The notes under the pieces are model-generated. The model worked only from the letters and a program-made list of their open reading frames with translations, was not told the DNA's origin and did no database searches. Positions 50,701 to 63,648 of a stretch of 64,000 bases of DNA are shown in pieces. Positions within the stretch are counted from its first letter, which is position 1. Each line of letters begins with the position of its first letter. The DNA is from Strigamia acuminata (Eukaryota): the NCBI GenBank assembly GCA_949358305.1, contig OX442314.1:12834001-12898000 (forward strand), in the 5' to 3' direction. The position numbers and the translations under genes are program-made.

Positions 50701-53456
50701 TTTCTCATCTCAGAAATTTCCTTGGGGAAATGAGAACCGTAACGGCCAAAAATGCCTGTACGAATAAAATCCATAAATGTACAACACGTCAGTGTTCAAA
50801 TAAATAGGAAGTAAAGGAAATCAAAAGGGGGAAAATTAATCAGGTAAAATTAATTAAATTTTCTGTTGCGTTAGCCAATAATCAAGCAGACCCAGCTCAC
50901 AAACTAACTAAAATAAAGTTATCACTGAAAAAATTCAAGGCGCTTGGGATGAATGGGTCGCGATGAATTGCCTTCCTAAAAAGTGTGCCACAATGTTAAA
51001 AAGATTGAGAACCCCTGCAATAGAGCATAGATTATCCTAACATCGATTAAGGAAACGACCGGTTATCCGAACAGTGGTGATTGCTTTTTTAATGATTTTT
51101 AATGATTTTTTATTTTCATATACAGTACACACAAAAGTCTATACATATACAAAAGTATGTACAAAAGTCATTCTCAACCCAATGCATTTCAATGTATTTT
51201 TTAACCTATCAATTAATTTATATGCTCTACTGTACACTGTGTATTTATATTACAGCTATACTCCAATTGGTCCTAACTCCTATTGGTTGAGCCGTCTCAC
51301 TGGTGTTGTGGCACAAATAAGTAGCCCATAACACCAGAATTGTAATCAAACTAGGCAAAACAACCAATAAAAAACTAAACCTTTGTTTACCTGCCAAAAG
51401 AAACCAGCAAACTGTGCTAACATTGATTGATTAAAAGGGAAAAAAAAGCTTATTTTAGCAAATAAAAAAAAATTGTATTACCAAATTAAAATCCATCATT
51501 CTTATCACTTTTTAAACTGAAATTCATTGAAAATAAATAGAACTACTTTTCCGCGTAGTAGAGCACAGTCCACAGTTAGACGTAATCCGGCTCAACCAAT
51601 AGGAATTAGGACCACGTTATATCGGTTTGCATTATAGACCTAAATCTTTCTACATTACCTACAGTACTTCCAATTTTTTGTTTCTACCTCAAGAACCATA
51701 ATTTAATAAGTTACCCACTGGCTTTGAAAATAAAACATTTTCTACATGTAGAAAAAGACTACAGAAAGGAAAGCCAATTTGATCTCATCATAGGCATGCA
51801 ACTGCTACTGCTAACAATAAAACCCCACGAAGCTCTCTCTCAAACTTTCCAGAGTTTGCAATTCAAACATTTGCTTTTTCATTAAAAAAAAAAAAAGAAT
51901 TTCAATACAGTATTGATTTTTGCAGATACACTTAATTAAATTCCATCAAATACACAGTAGACTCAAAATCAATCCAGACTCCATTTCAGTTAATGGCATA
52001 GCTAAAACTCATTCATTCGCTTCAGATACATTTCATACATTTTCTGATTCAGGTTCCCACCAAAATAAATACAAACAGAGAACGCTCTTTTAATCCCCTC
52101 AACAGTTTGAACAGTTTAAAGCATTAAAAGTGTTAGCTCAAAACAAAATTTACCAATAACCCTCTCTAGACCTAACATACCCAATGAATTCCTTCAAGAC
52201 CAGACACAAGTTGGGTCCAGGCAAAACTGACCGATCCGAAGAACGACCGGTGAAAAGAGAATAGCTCCCTCAAGACCCAAGAATTTGTCCGATCTTGAAA
52301 AGCTGTAAAAATCGACTTCCCAATGTTTGTTTTACCGAGTTAGGGCTGCATTAGCAAATTGCCTACAAACTTTTATATTGAAAAACAAAAGACAGGACCG
52401 ACCTAAACCACCTAAAATCTATAATTTATTATTCATGAATTCTAAGAATATTCACGCCTCCATCCCACTAAACGGGCTAATTACTTCACTTTTCTGACAT
52501 GCTAAATATCTTTGCTTTATATATTACCACCACGATTCAAACAATACATTATTACATACATTCGGGGTCAAGCAATGCGGCAAGTCGCTCGCGAATCATA
52601 TCACGTCTTTAGATAGGTAATTTGAGCTGGTGGTAAAAGCAGCGTGAGACTAATGGAGATAAATTCGGTGGATGGAGGATTAAGTTTTCACTGTTGGTCC
52701 CTAGCCAAAAGAGTTGTTTTTAAATGTGCTTGCTTCATTTCAGGCATGTGGATGATATTGATCTATTCCCTGCTGGAATTGCAGAGTACCGGGTGGAAGG
52801 AGCAATAGTGGGGCCAGTTTTCTCTTGCATATTGGCGCAGCAGTTCCGAAACTTGCGTAAAGGTGATCGTTACTGGTACGAAAATGGTGGACATAAAGGC
52901 GCTTTTACTCCAGGTGATAAAAAGTCGGAATAAATATTTTTGGATTTAAATAAATTAAATTTTTAAATATATTATTTCAGCTCAATTGGAAGAGATCAGG
53001 AAAGGATCGCTTGCGAGATTATTCTGTGATAATTTTAATAATGTTGTAACTATACAATTGAGGCCTATGGAAGTTCCTCAGTAAATAGAGAAGAATTTAA
53101 AATTTCGGATTTTTTTTTAATTTATTTTTTATTATTTCAGTGGTCGTGTTGATTGCGCGGATCCATTTTTACATATAGTGGATTTAGGAGCTTGGAGGGA
53201 ATTCGGTCCATACCCGGAACCAGAACCGAGTCTATTTCTCGCGGTACCTCCATTACCACCGCCGCATTCTATTTTTGCGTCGCCTATTCATTTCCCCGAC
53301 TCGCCATCGCACGTGCAGGTTTTTCAACAACTTATAACTCGGAGGAAATCAACGGAAAACACACGAAAACCGTCCAAAACCAACACCGACGCATCGCCAT
53401 TTAATCATTTCGATTTTTTCTCATCGAATGAAAATTTTGACACAGAATTCCCATAA
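44779..53456 (+). CDS. Secreted animal heme peroxidase 4 (KGD motif, long Pro-rich C-tail), 14 coding exons, ~708 aa
   Basis: Exons 44779-44789, 45678-45751, 46370-46570, 46844-47014, 47080-47244, 47724-47825, 47890-47991, 48052-48179, 49493-49713, 49787-49943, 50016-50224, 52744-52913, 52981-53080, 53141-53456; 2127 nt in frame. Signal peptide [19 protein letters not shown]. Motifs: [44 protein letters not shown]. Confidence 0.93.
45775..46275. repeat. Intronic AT-rich minisatellite
   Basis: A ~30-32-bp unit CCGAAATTTTTCGAAATTCATCAAATTTTTTT shifts to a ~21-bp unit CCGAAATTTATCAAATTTCTT toward the 3' end. Confidence 0.9.
47270..47635. mobile_element. CCC-ended MITE, longer copy (366 bp) of the 24735 family
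   Basis: CCCATATGGTTCAAAAATA ... TTTTGAACCATGTGGC with AA on both flanks and AATGCA-rich internal repeats. Confidence 0.75.
48906..49336. mobile_element. MITE with ~65-bp TIRs
   Basis: CTATACTCTAGTTGCACTCAAAAAGGCACCTCACAATGTGTACTCCCATTGGTCGAGCCAGTTTACT and a near-exact inverse at 49270-49336. Confidence 0.85.
51256..51637. mobile_element. Diverged relative of the 48906-49336 MITE
   Basis: Inverted pair GGTCCTAACTCCTATTGGTTGAGCCG / CGGCTCAACCAATAGGAATTAGGACC. Shared internal blocks ACTGGTGT.GTG, AAGTAG, AACACCAGAATTG and ACTACTT...GTAGTAG..ACAGTC. Confidence 0.7.
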
Positions 53457-53786
53457 AAATTAAAAATTAAAAAAAATCATCATTTCTCTCAAATCTATCG
53501 GATAACACGACAGAAATTAAGAGTAAATCCTAATTTTCCCAATATATTTGCGATCTATTAAGTCGCAGCATCAAAAATAACAATAAATTATTCAAGTGCC
53601 ATATTTTTATATAAATATAAAAATTTAAAAAAAAAATTCTTTTTTAAATTATTCATCGAGTTTATGGTTTATCATATTTAATTTAATTTATATTTGTATA
53701 TGTGTAAGATTCAGTTCGAGGGTAAACGGTTCCGTTATTTTCTTTTCTTTAATTTATAAATAAAGAAATTTTTAAATAAATAATGA

Positions 53787-54631
53787 CTATTTTTTCTTCA
53801 ATCCCGGCTCTTGCGAGCTCATTTTCTCCACTTCCTCCCTACTCAAAAACACCACGTTACATTTCGGCAATGATTGCTGCAGCTCATCGACACATTTCTG
53901 TCGATTGCGCACTTCAGGGAGATCGTACATGAGCAGCTTTAGTAAATTCCTATTGAAATCAATAACTCAGTTTTCTCCCATTCTCAACCACGATAACTAG
54001 CTAAAAATATTTGTTATTGCACTTACCCAAGTTTTTTCAAATGTAAAATCCCCGCGTCAGACACATTTCCGCAGCTAGAGACTTGTAAATCTTCCAATGT
54101 GCCGGCAACATATCTCAGTTCACTTAAAGCCGTATCGTCCAAGTACGAGCATCTGTGAAGTTTCATTTTCTTCAGCTCTTTAAGTCCTTCTGTGTTTAAA
54201 AATATCGAAATTAATTTATTTGGGATATAATTAAAGTCACAATTTTACTTTTTTTAGCATACTTAAATGGGGGAATCCTATATTCATTACGCATGAATCG
54301 GTTGCATCGATTTGTTCGATTTTATTTGCTCGGAAATTTCCAGCGGGAAGTAAATTGTAATCTTTTTGCCAATTTTGTGCATTTTTCCATTTGACAAATG
54401 CGCCGCATCTCAGAAGCCATTCGGCGCACGCTCGATCCGGCCCAACTTCTTTAATCCGTGAATCGTCCACCTGGTTGAAGACTGAATTAAGCCAGCCCCA
54501 GATTTGTCGGTTCTGTCCTGTTTGAATTGATGTCAGACGAATCAACGGCAACTTGCAAAGAAAAATACGTTCATTTTATTAAAATCATTTTAATTAAGTG
54601 TTTGGTTTAGGATAGTCACCTTTTGAATCAT
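53787..54631 (-). CDS. ATP5S: Mitochondrial ATP synthase subunit s (factor B / DMAC2-like), 4 exons, ~208 aa
   Basis: Exons 54631-54620, 54551-54263, 54189-54027, 53949-53787; 627 nt in frame. Diagnostic WGWLNSVFNQVD..RIKEVGPDRACAEWLLRCGA, followed by LRR-like IDATDSC, LHRCSYLDD and VSSCGNVSDAG. Confidence 0.93.
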
Positions 54632-54861
54632 TTTGTGAGTGTGGTATTAACTCGGTGATAGTTATTTTAATATTAAAACAGCGGTGCTTGGTTCGGAGTG
54701 CTTAGGATAAATACGTGCGACGCATCGTTTTCTTTTCGTCGGTTACATCACGAACAAACATGCCATTTTAGAAATTTCGTTTTGGTTTTACTCGGTAGAT
54801 GTCGCATACACCATATCAATGTTCTGACGTCATTCGACTTCATTTGACCGGGAGTTCGTAA

Positions 54862-54869
54862 TATCGATA
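54862..54869. promoter_or_regulatory. DRE element (TATCGATA) in the ATP5S upstream region
   Basis: Perfect TATCGATA about 230 bp upstream of the ATP5S ATG, typical of arthropod housekeeping promoters. Confidence 0.45.
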
Positions 54870-57800
54870 ATATTATTAAGTTATATCTACAAAAAAATAA
54901 AAATAAATAAAACTACAATATTTTACACTAAATATTTATTTTTTTGACATTTCCTTCCCTTTACGTTGCGAGATAAAAGCGAGGATCAAAGGTAAGCCTC
55001 CAAAGACGAGCCAAGGAGCATATTTTATTGACGTTTGTATTTCGGAACGATAAACGCTGCCAAATTACAACGAAAATGGCGGTTATCAGACGTGTGAGTT
55101 ATTTTCACGGAGAAATGTCCCGATTTAAAACGTGGTTGGTTTGATGATTCGATCAGAGCAAAAAGCACTTAGTTCAAACATGATTTTTGAGTAAAAATTA
55201 ATTTGACATAATTTACTTTAATGAGTCGAAAATTAACGAAGTCGATTAACAACATCAACGGGCGATCTTAAGAAAAATAAATTAAGAGATTCCAGATTAT
55301 ATTTCGTGTGAAGAAAATAAAATTCAAATCCCCACTTTGTTTTAATAATTAAAAAAAAAAAACACCAAACCGTCGCTAAATCTGTCTTAGTTAAATCAAA
55401 TTAAAACCGCTTATCTGCGCTTATCAACGTAGATTTCAAGATAAATCGGAATTAATTAATACAAGCAGCTCGTTAATTATTTTATATGATTACTTTGATT
55501 AGTTTCAGCATTTTGTTGAATTTTAAGGTAAAAATTCAAGGTCGCTTGAAATCGATGAATAAAATCAACAGCAGAATGCAAGGTGTAACCCAGCGCTTCT
55601 CAAACCGTAGCAGACCGGTGTTTCTTTGAAGCGCTATTGACTTATCTATGATTTTGTTATGCGCAGCGATAAAAAATGATTAAAAAGATTAAAAGTCACG
55701 TTGAGTCAACTTTATTATAGCTCCATTTTTTGCTCCATTTTTTTTTTTCTCTTACATGTTTTTTATTTTTTAATGATATTTTGTAAAGTTCTTAGGATGT
55801 CATTAAAATCCACTTATTGTAAGAAATTAGTGGGATATTAATAGCCAAAAGTTTTGAGTTTAAATATGTCGGAAATCCATTATGGATTAAAATACAATGG
55901 AAATGTTGGTTAAGGAAATACAAGGTAATTAATTGTTTTTTTTTTTTCGTTTAAAGTTGTTAAAACTGCACCCAGGAACTCAAGACAATTATTATGAATC
56001 CAAGAGACTCTTGATTTACATTTCTTTCAGTCAAAATTCAAAGCCAAGCGTATGCAAAAATAAACAAAAAAAATTAAGCCAAACCCCAAAAAAATTAAAT
56101 TTCTGTAATTTACTTCAACAATTTTTTTTTTTTGTAATTTCAAGATTACATAAAGGGGATTTATGATATTAAACAGAAAGTTTGATATTTTGTTTGGACT
56201 GGACTAGCAAATAATCAACTTTCCCTTGATACACTTAAAAACTAAAGATTTCGGATAAACAAAATGGCGGAAATTAATTATTCGACTGTTATTGAATGCA
56301 TAGACATTGGACTTCATTCTTGACATTTTAAAACAAACTAATACACAATAATTATCTATTTGATGAATCTACAATTAAATATTAAGAAAAATAATTTAAA
56401 ACTCCGTTATTACCTAAAAATAAATTACATTTTGAAAACGAAATAAGTCAAAATAATAACGTAAACTAAAAATAAAAATTAATCGATTATCACATCTAAG
56501 AAAGTTTTGCTGCACACAAAAAAATCTTTACACATCAAAAAGAAAAGAATAAAAAATATGACATCTCTGCACTTAGAATTTATTAGTTTTTCATTTTGAA
56601 AAATCTTTTAATTGTATTGCATTATTATAGCCTCGTACGAGTTCAATAAATGTGAATGACAATATTCGAAAGAACAGCTAGAAATTAATATATTTGTTGA
56701 AATATATTAATTAATTAATTAATTAATTATATATGACCTTAGGTATGACGTAAGGAATATTTACAAGATATCTTGAGATAAAAGAGGAAGTTATTTTAAT
56801 TTTTGTATACTTTTAAACAGTATAATAGAAGAAATCATCATTTAAATCTAAAATTATATCAATTCAGAACCGAATGTAAATTTTTTTTTTGATTTTCAAC
56901 TTCAAAAACTTCAAAACACAAATAAGAGGACCAGGAATATATAAAACTCCCGGAAATTGGACGAAAATCAACATTCCCAAAATTACACTTCCATCATTTC
57001 AAACTGACCAAAGACATACAAACGGTCATTCGCTAATTTTACGACCGTTTTATGTTTCGGTGGCAGTTTCATAACGACAAGTGGTAGAAAATTGCAAACT
57101 CGAGGCAGCACATACCCAAGAAAAATAAATATTAACTCTACAATTTCATCATCTTCAACTAACTTATTTGCCAATGCGAATAAGAAAATCCAACAAAGTT
57201 CTTTCCAATCAACGGTGATATGCAGACACTTGTTTTCATAACTCACCGCCGATGAGGACATAAGAATAACAGATTACAAAAATAATTCAACTCTCTACAC
57301 AAGTAACAACGTTGATTATAAACAAAACAAAATGGACCATTAGAAATCAGGAATTACGTAAGGTCAGACTAATCATTGATGACATAATAAGTAACTATAC
57401 ACAAATGCCCCGAAATGCTCCCGATTATGTTTTTTCCTTATTTGATTACCTAGAAACGCGCTTCGATGTCAATTTCGTTTTTTAAATGCTGAATAAATAT
57501 GATTTGTTTTATTAGTTAAGTCCATGATTGGCCTATTGTGGAATATCATCGAGAAATTGGGAAGAAAATGTACACACAAGGAAAAAATTTAAAAAGAAAT
57601 AAATAACCCAAAAATCAAAAACGAGAAGACAGAAATCAAAGGGAGTTGTTCAAAGATCGATTTAAAAAAGGACCAGTTAGCACCAGAATTAAATATTTGG
57701 ACACTGTGGTGATGTTTCTGCATGTCGACACACAAATTGTGTAGCATAATATGCACTAAGCAAATTACCTAACCGCCTCTTTTTGTAAACTTTTCTTTTC

Positions 57801-57890
57801 CGTCGTTTTGTAGAAAAGAAAGAGAAAAAGAATGGGCACAATAAAGTAGCTGCTGCTGCTTGTGTGAGGCAGAGTTCGGACGGCACTGGT

Positions 57891-60800
57891 TTAGAAGCCC
57901 TCGATAACACCGTACGACTCTAAACTGGACATGAAGACGTAGAAGACCCAGAAGAAGCCGAACAAAATGGTCGTGGGAATTTTGTATTTCATCGGCCCGC
58001 CTAACTCGCCTCCGACTAGTGGTGACCGGCGTAGCATAAGCACGATGATGGCTAAAACAGCCATGCTGCAGAATAGAGTCACTGAGAAGGCCAAGTTACC
58101 CGGATCCACTTCGAATTTGTTGCCGTCCATGGCATGATAAATGGCTGCCATGGACCAAGCGATGCCCAGACCGAGGAACACGTTGACTGCGTTGCTTCCT
58201 GTTACATTTCCAATCGACGAATCCGCGTATTTATCGTTGATGGCTGCAACTTTACTCGCAAAAGTATCTGCGAACACACGAAAAAAAGTAAGAAAAATAA
58301 ATAAAATAAGTTCCTTATTAAATCCACCGTGTGTTAAGTCAATACATTTCGAGAGTTTTAGCGGGAATATTCAACAAAGAAGCTTCGAGCATAAATTCGT
58401 TCCGCTTTGCATGATAAAGAGGCTGGTGGTTGATCCCGCCAGTGCTGGGTGTTGGCGTGCCTAGTTTCATCTCGCGTTGTAATTACACCGGAATTAAATT
58501 CACTCTTACAGGGCTAACACATCACCCAGGCGTGAGTGACTGAAGACGACAGATCAATACTATGCACGCCATCGCTCACACAACTAACATTAACGGGGGA
58601 AGGGTGGGGAGCGAGCACGTATCGAGTTTTCGCACACACAACACACGCCCGCCCAAACCCGACCGCTGGACCCAACCTCTCGAGACTCGTGGCTTTGGTT
58701 GCCTCGAAAAATTCCCTCAAGTATACGAGAATACAAAAAAAATCAAATGCCAGAGTTAGGGAAAGTGATGGTGAAAAAAATTGTAAATGCAAATGGAATA
58801 AATTTCCCTATAGTCATGTTTTTCCCCTTCAAATCAAATCACATGTGGCATTTGCAGAAAAATCCCAAAAAAAATAATTTTTTTTTTATCTTTTTTTTAA
58901 ATAAATAGATAAATCGATATGTTTTATGGGCCACAACACAAATCAAGAAAATTATTATATATTGCCGAAGCGACACTCACCTGGCACACTTGTGCCGAGT
59001 GCGACGAAGCTGATAGCTGTAACGCTATCGGGTAATCCAACGGTGCACCCAAAATGCGATGCCATATCTCCAATGATAGCAGTCAGAAGGCCGATACCCA
59101 AAATGGAGACCACGAAACACAACCATCCACCCCAGTAATCTGAAAAACAAACAATAACAATGAATTTTGAAGAAGAAAAAGAAGAAAAGAGTGATTTATA
59201 TTTTGTCTAAATCGATTAACGGTCTCTTCCATTCGTGCTGAATGATGAGAATTACAGAGAAGCCTCTCTAACAGGATCAAGGCTGAGCTTTTCGCTCGAG
59301 CTTAAAAACCTTTTTCAAGGGCAGAGTTTAATAGTGTATATATTCGCTAAAAAAAACAATTTTATACTTCAGAAACATGGTGTTTTACAACAACCATTTG
59401 CAACAACAGGAAGTTTCGGACGTAAAAAGGGTTTTTCCATTTATTGTGATTTTATTCAAGTTTTATGGCCCGATTTAACGTGTAATTGGTTGAAAAATCG
59501 AAGAAGCTCCACTATCGTAATTAGAGAGTTTGCAAGATGCATTTTTCCCTTACAGTTAAAGACCATACGGTATAAAAATAGTAAAGGGAAAAATGATAAA
59601 TTAAGTTTTTGCGGGCTGCATTTTTCCCTTATCACTACACTATTTCAGCCAACTACTGACAGTTAGTAATTTTGGGCCTAAAAATTCAATTTGGGGCCGT
59701 TAGTGTGCAAATTTCTGCATAAAATTCCATTATTATGCCTATAAAGTATGGCTTTGGGCCTAAAATTCAATTTTGGGCCTCACTTATCATTCAATCTACG
59801 TACCTATGACTGATGTGTTTGATCGGGACAACAAAATAATCGCCATTTGCAATGAGCGGAGCTAACAATTTAGTGTTCTCAATTCTGATTGGCTGTGCTA
59901 TATTTTAATTTAGTGTGGAAAACGATACACTAAAGATTTTTCCCTTACGATATGGCACTAAAATAGTGTAACGTGGCCCAAAATAAGAAAAAAATGCATC
60001 CCGCACACTCTCTAATGTCAAATTAAAGAAACAAAAATTATTTGGAAAATTATTTCCGAGATAAAAAAAAAATTACATCTAAGATGTGTTCAGTTAATAC
60101 AATTTAGCACGTAGGAAGAAGTAAAGGAAACATGACGAGACTTGAAATGATGGTATATCAATAAGTTCACATTACCTGTGGGTGGAACAAAGGCAAACAT
60201 GACTTTCCAGAAGATGGTGAGAAAATGCATGACGTAATCGCCACAAGAAGGCAACTTTGTGTCACCTTCTTCATCGTCGTCTTCCTCATCGTCTCCTGAG
60301 GAAAGAAACAAAATAATCAGCTTTGGATTAAACGTTTAAACCAAAATTAGCTTTTTAATTATTTTATTTAACATTTAAAGTTAAAACTATGGTATAATTT
60401 TACTTTATAAGTGCTTAACACTTGCCTTTGACAGCATTACATTGGCTGAAATAGCAAATTTACTTAAACTGAATAAAATATTAACTTTTCTAATCTTTCT
60501 TTAAGTTTTCAATTTTGTAGAACGCAATTCAAGATTTAACTTTTACGTAAATATTTAATAACACTTCATATAAACCACTCTACCACTGACACACTGACTA
60601 CTACTCTGCTAGTTCTAGAGCAATGATACACGTAAAAAGGGCTTCACATGCCATTTTCCATGCACTTACATCCACTCACACTCTCAATTGACAAAGTGAT
60701 CCACAGAAAATTTTGAGGAGAAAAAAAGAAAGAAAATGACATGCAGATTTCCTTAGTTATATATATACACACACTTCACGATCGATACGAAGTACGAACA

Positions 60801-61887
60801 CAACATAAATAAATAAAAAAAAAGAAACCTAACGGAATAAAATTTGCTTTTTGTGTTTCTAAACGAAGTTCACGCGTCCGCCGAGAAGGTAATCTAAGTT
60901 AACGTGTTATATAATCTCTTAAGAGAAACGCATTTTGATAATCCCTCGAGTTTACACGCGAGAAAGCACAATACCCGCAGATGAGGTTCATGAGGGAGAA
61001 GTGGAAAGAGTAAACAACGCACAAATCAAAATATTGACGCAGTCTGCAAGTAATCAAAGTTAAAACGCTAAAAACAAAAAACTGATCGGTTAGTCACAGT
61101 TGTTTTTCCATTTAAAATAAAGAAAATCGAAAATTATCTACAATTCAATCGAATCAAACTCTTAGAGCTTGATGAGATGCGTCTCATTAACGGCACAATG
61201 AGCAATTTTCAAGATTGATTCGCGGAATAAACGAAAAAGTATCAACAAAAAGACAAATAAATAATAAAAGAGAGTATGGGTGGACGACTTAGGGCAATGA
61301 CAGTGCTGGATAAAGCAGGTAAATATCCCAAATAGACAGTTGGAGACGGGAAAAGGCCAAAAGGGTCCGCTTAAACAGCAACAACGATGCCATCATGCAA
61401 CACGACTATTCAGGTCAACTAACTCAACCGTTTCTACAATACAAAATCAACATGGCTGGCATTCTATTAGGCATCCAACCGCTGTCCCCGAGGAAAGGGC
61501 GGGGTCCAGGGCTGAGATGTGTAAATTCTGAAGGAGCTCACCGTCGCTTCCTTGAGCGCAGTCTGTAAGAAAGGGGCCAACATTAATGGCAAATTCATCA
61601 GGTTTTACAAAAAGAAAAAAAAAAGAAAAAAACCCAATGTTATTTTTAAAGCCCACCTGAAGCTATCAGAGCTGACTAAAAAAAAGAAAAAGGTCTACTA
61701 TTTTTAACGTAGACTGAAGGTGGTAAAAAATAGGTAGCAAAGTAAACCGTTTTTACAAGTTGAAGGATGCTGCGCAGGACCCGCCACCATGTTTATCAGA
61801 GGCGTGTTTCACATAGCGATGCTACGGGATCACGGGTATCCTAAAGTTCTAAAGGCATGTAGTGAAAAGTAATTATTATTTCATATC

Positions 61888-61918
<31 letters not shown>

Positions 61919-63648
61919 TATAATTAATTCTTGCACCCGTCCAGGGCGAAGAAATTCGTGTTTCGGTTTTTTAATGTCAGTGGGTCAGAGCGGAGAGAGA
62001 GAGAGAGACACATAAAAGTATAGTTAGAAGTTGTCACGCCACCACAGAAATTAAAATTCGCTTACCGTTGCGAAACATTCCAATCGACTTTATCTTTTTT
62101 GGTCAGGAAAACGCATGCGCTTAAAGATAATTGGGGTTGACCCGAGTTGACGAACGAGAGTATTCAGAAAATCGTCAAGAAAGAACTGGCGTTGGGCCCA
62201 AAACTCCCGCTATTTTCTCTAGAGAAGGTTTTATGTTTGGGTGGAGTTTCAGTGCAAAATCCATTAAGCCATTTCTTATCTGGAATTTCTTTGTCGACAA
62301 GTCATGTCTTCGTAAACGCTGAAACGGCTCGTTCGTACACACGAATAATTTATTTTAATCTTGGATATTAAGAAATTAGGCCTATCGCCCGCGAGAATCG
62401 TTTGGAAACAAATGAGAACCGTTTGTCAGCGATAATCTCCCGAAGAAAAATTATCAGTTAGCCAAAATTACTTCAAATTACAATTCAGTCTTGAAAGGGA
62501 CCCAAAATTACACTCCTGACGTAAGTTAACAAAGAAACCAGTCTTGTTTATTAAATAATCTTTCCAAATTACCACTCGAAGCGGGAAATTATCATTGATA
62601 ATTAATTACTAAAATTCTCCAGAATAAACCTCTTGCGCCCTCCGGAGACAAATTCATCATTTATTCAGGAACAAGAATTTTCGTTTCGTTACTACTGAAA
62701 AGAATATTCAATAGTAGTGTCCACTCATACGTTATAATGATGTGCACCCGAGAGTCCAAGTATGGATCCCACGGTCGAGAATATAGATCAAAGTGGCCAT
62801 ATATTATTTAAATCCCAGGATAAACGTAAAAATATGGCATACTGCATAATTCATTATAGAATAAAAAATTTAATCTTAAACCATTAGTTGTAAGATCTTC
62901 AGTTTATTTGAACTGCGGCTTTGCATGTTATATTCATTAGACGCATTTTCACATTTCTCGCGTTAAACCTGAGTACATCTTGGAAACATAACAAACAAAA
63001 GCAGCCGAAAACATGTTCTCAACTGTGAATAATTCTCAAAGTTAAATACTTACATTTTACAATTAAAATTACTTATGAATTAAACATCAGAATAAGAACG
63101 TATATGTGCAGAATGAGCAGAATTCAAGTCGTTGGAATGTCGCAGAAGCGTAAATTAGAAGTAGTCATGCGAAAAACTAAGCATTAATAGTTAATCCAAC
63201 CAAAAAATTAAATAAAAAAACAAATTATTCAATACTTTTCCCCCAATTATTCATGTACTTACCCGCACTGACGGTAATGGCTTCCATGAACTGATCCTTC
63301 CATGATGATGTACCGACCATCAAAGAGACATTGGCTTTTTTTAACAATTTGTCAACCGTGTTCTGTATTAGTCGGATCATCAAATAAAAGAAATTGAAAT
63401 ATAGATATCACGAGGTAAACAAAAAAATCGTGCTGTAATGCGACGCATCGATCTATATCGTGTAGTTTTCAACGAAAATGACAGCGTTACCTTGAATTCT
63501 TTGTTCTCTTTTATCCTGATTTGTGTTCTCACTAAATCACCCAATCGTGGTCGTCCGAGCAAGGCAATTCGTTCGTCGTCCGACAATTCGGTTGCATTGT
63601 GCGCTTCGAATTCCACACCTGTTCCTGAGTCGGCGTCTCGTTCTGATT
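57891..63648 (-). CDS. NCX: Na+/Ca2+ exchanger (SLC8/NCX, Calx-like), last five coding exons; the 5' part lies beyond the window
   Basis: Exons 63648-63491, 63362-63263, 60295-60176, 59139-58981, 58267-57891. Motifs: RIALLGRPRLG, GTSSWKDQFMEAITVSA, LPSCGDYVMHFLTIFWK, alpha-2 repeat ALGTSVPDTFASK and GNVTGSNAVNVFLGLG, GGELGGP. Confidence 0.95.
59520..60016. mobile_element. MITE related to the 22752-23203 element, in an NCX intron
   Basis: ATTAGAGAGTTTGCAAGATGCATTTTTCCCTTA ... TAAGAAAAAAATGCATCCCGCACACTCTCTAAT. The ATTAGAGAGTTTGC terminus and TTTTCCCTTA subterminal motif are the same as in the 22752 copy. Confidence 0.7.
61542..61562 (-). other. Candidate 21-nt alternative microexon of NCX
   Basis: CCCCTTTCTTACAG|ACTGCGCTCAAGGAAGCGACG|GTGAGC. 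It is phase 1-1 like the host intron and adds DCAQGSD with no stop. Confidence 0.45.

Noticed and set aside
55141..55210. Possible C/D box snoRNA (TGATGA)
   Set aside because: No CTGA D box or terminal stem was found at a suitable distance.
58141..58908. Plus-strand ORFs over NCX
   Set aside because: They are antisense shadows of NCX exons or intronic chance ORFs with no recognisable motifs.
62066..62119. 54-nt candidate NCX exon with a GTAAGC donor
   Set aside because: It has an in-frame TGA in the required phase and a weak acceptor; at most a poison exon, and unsupported.
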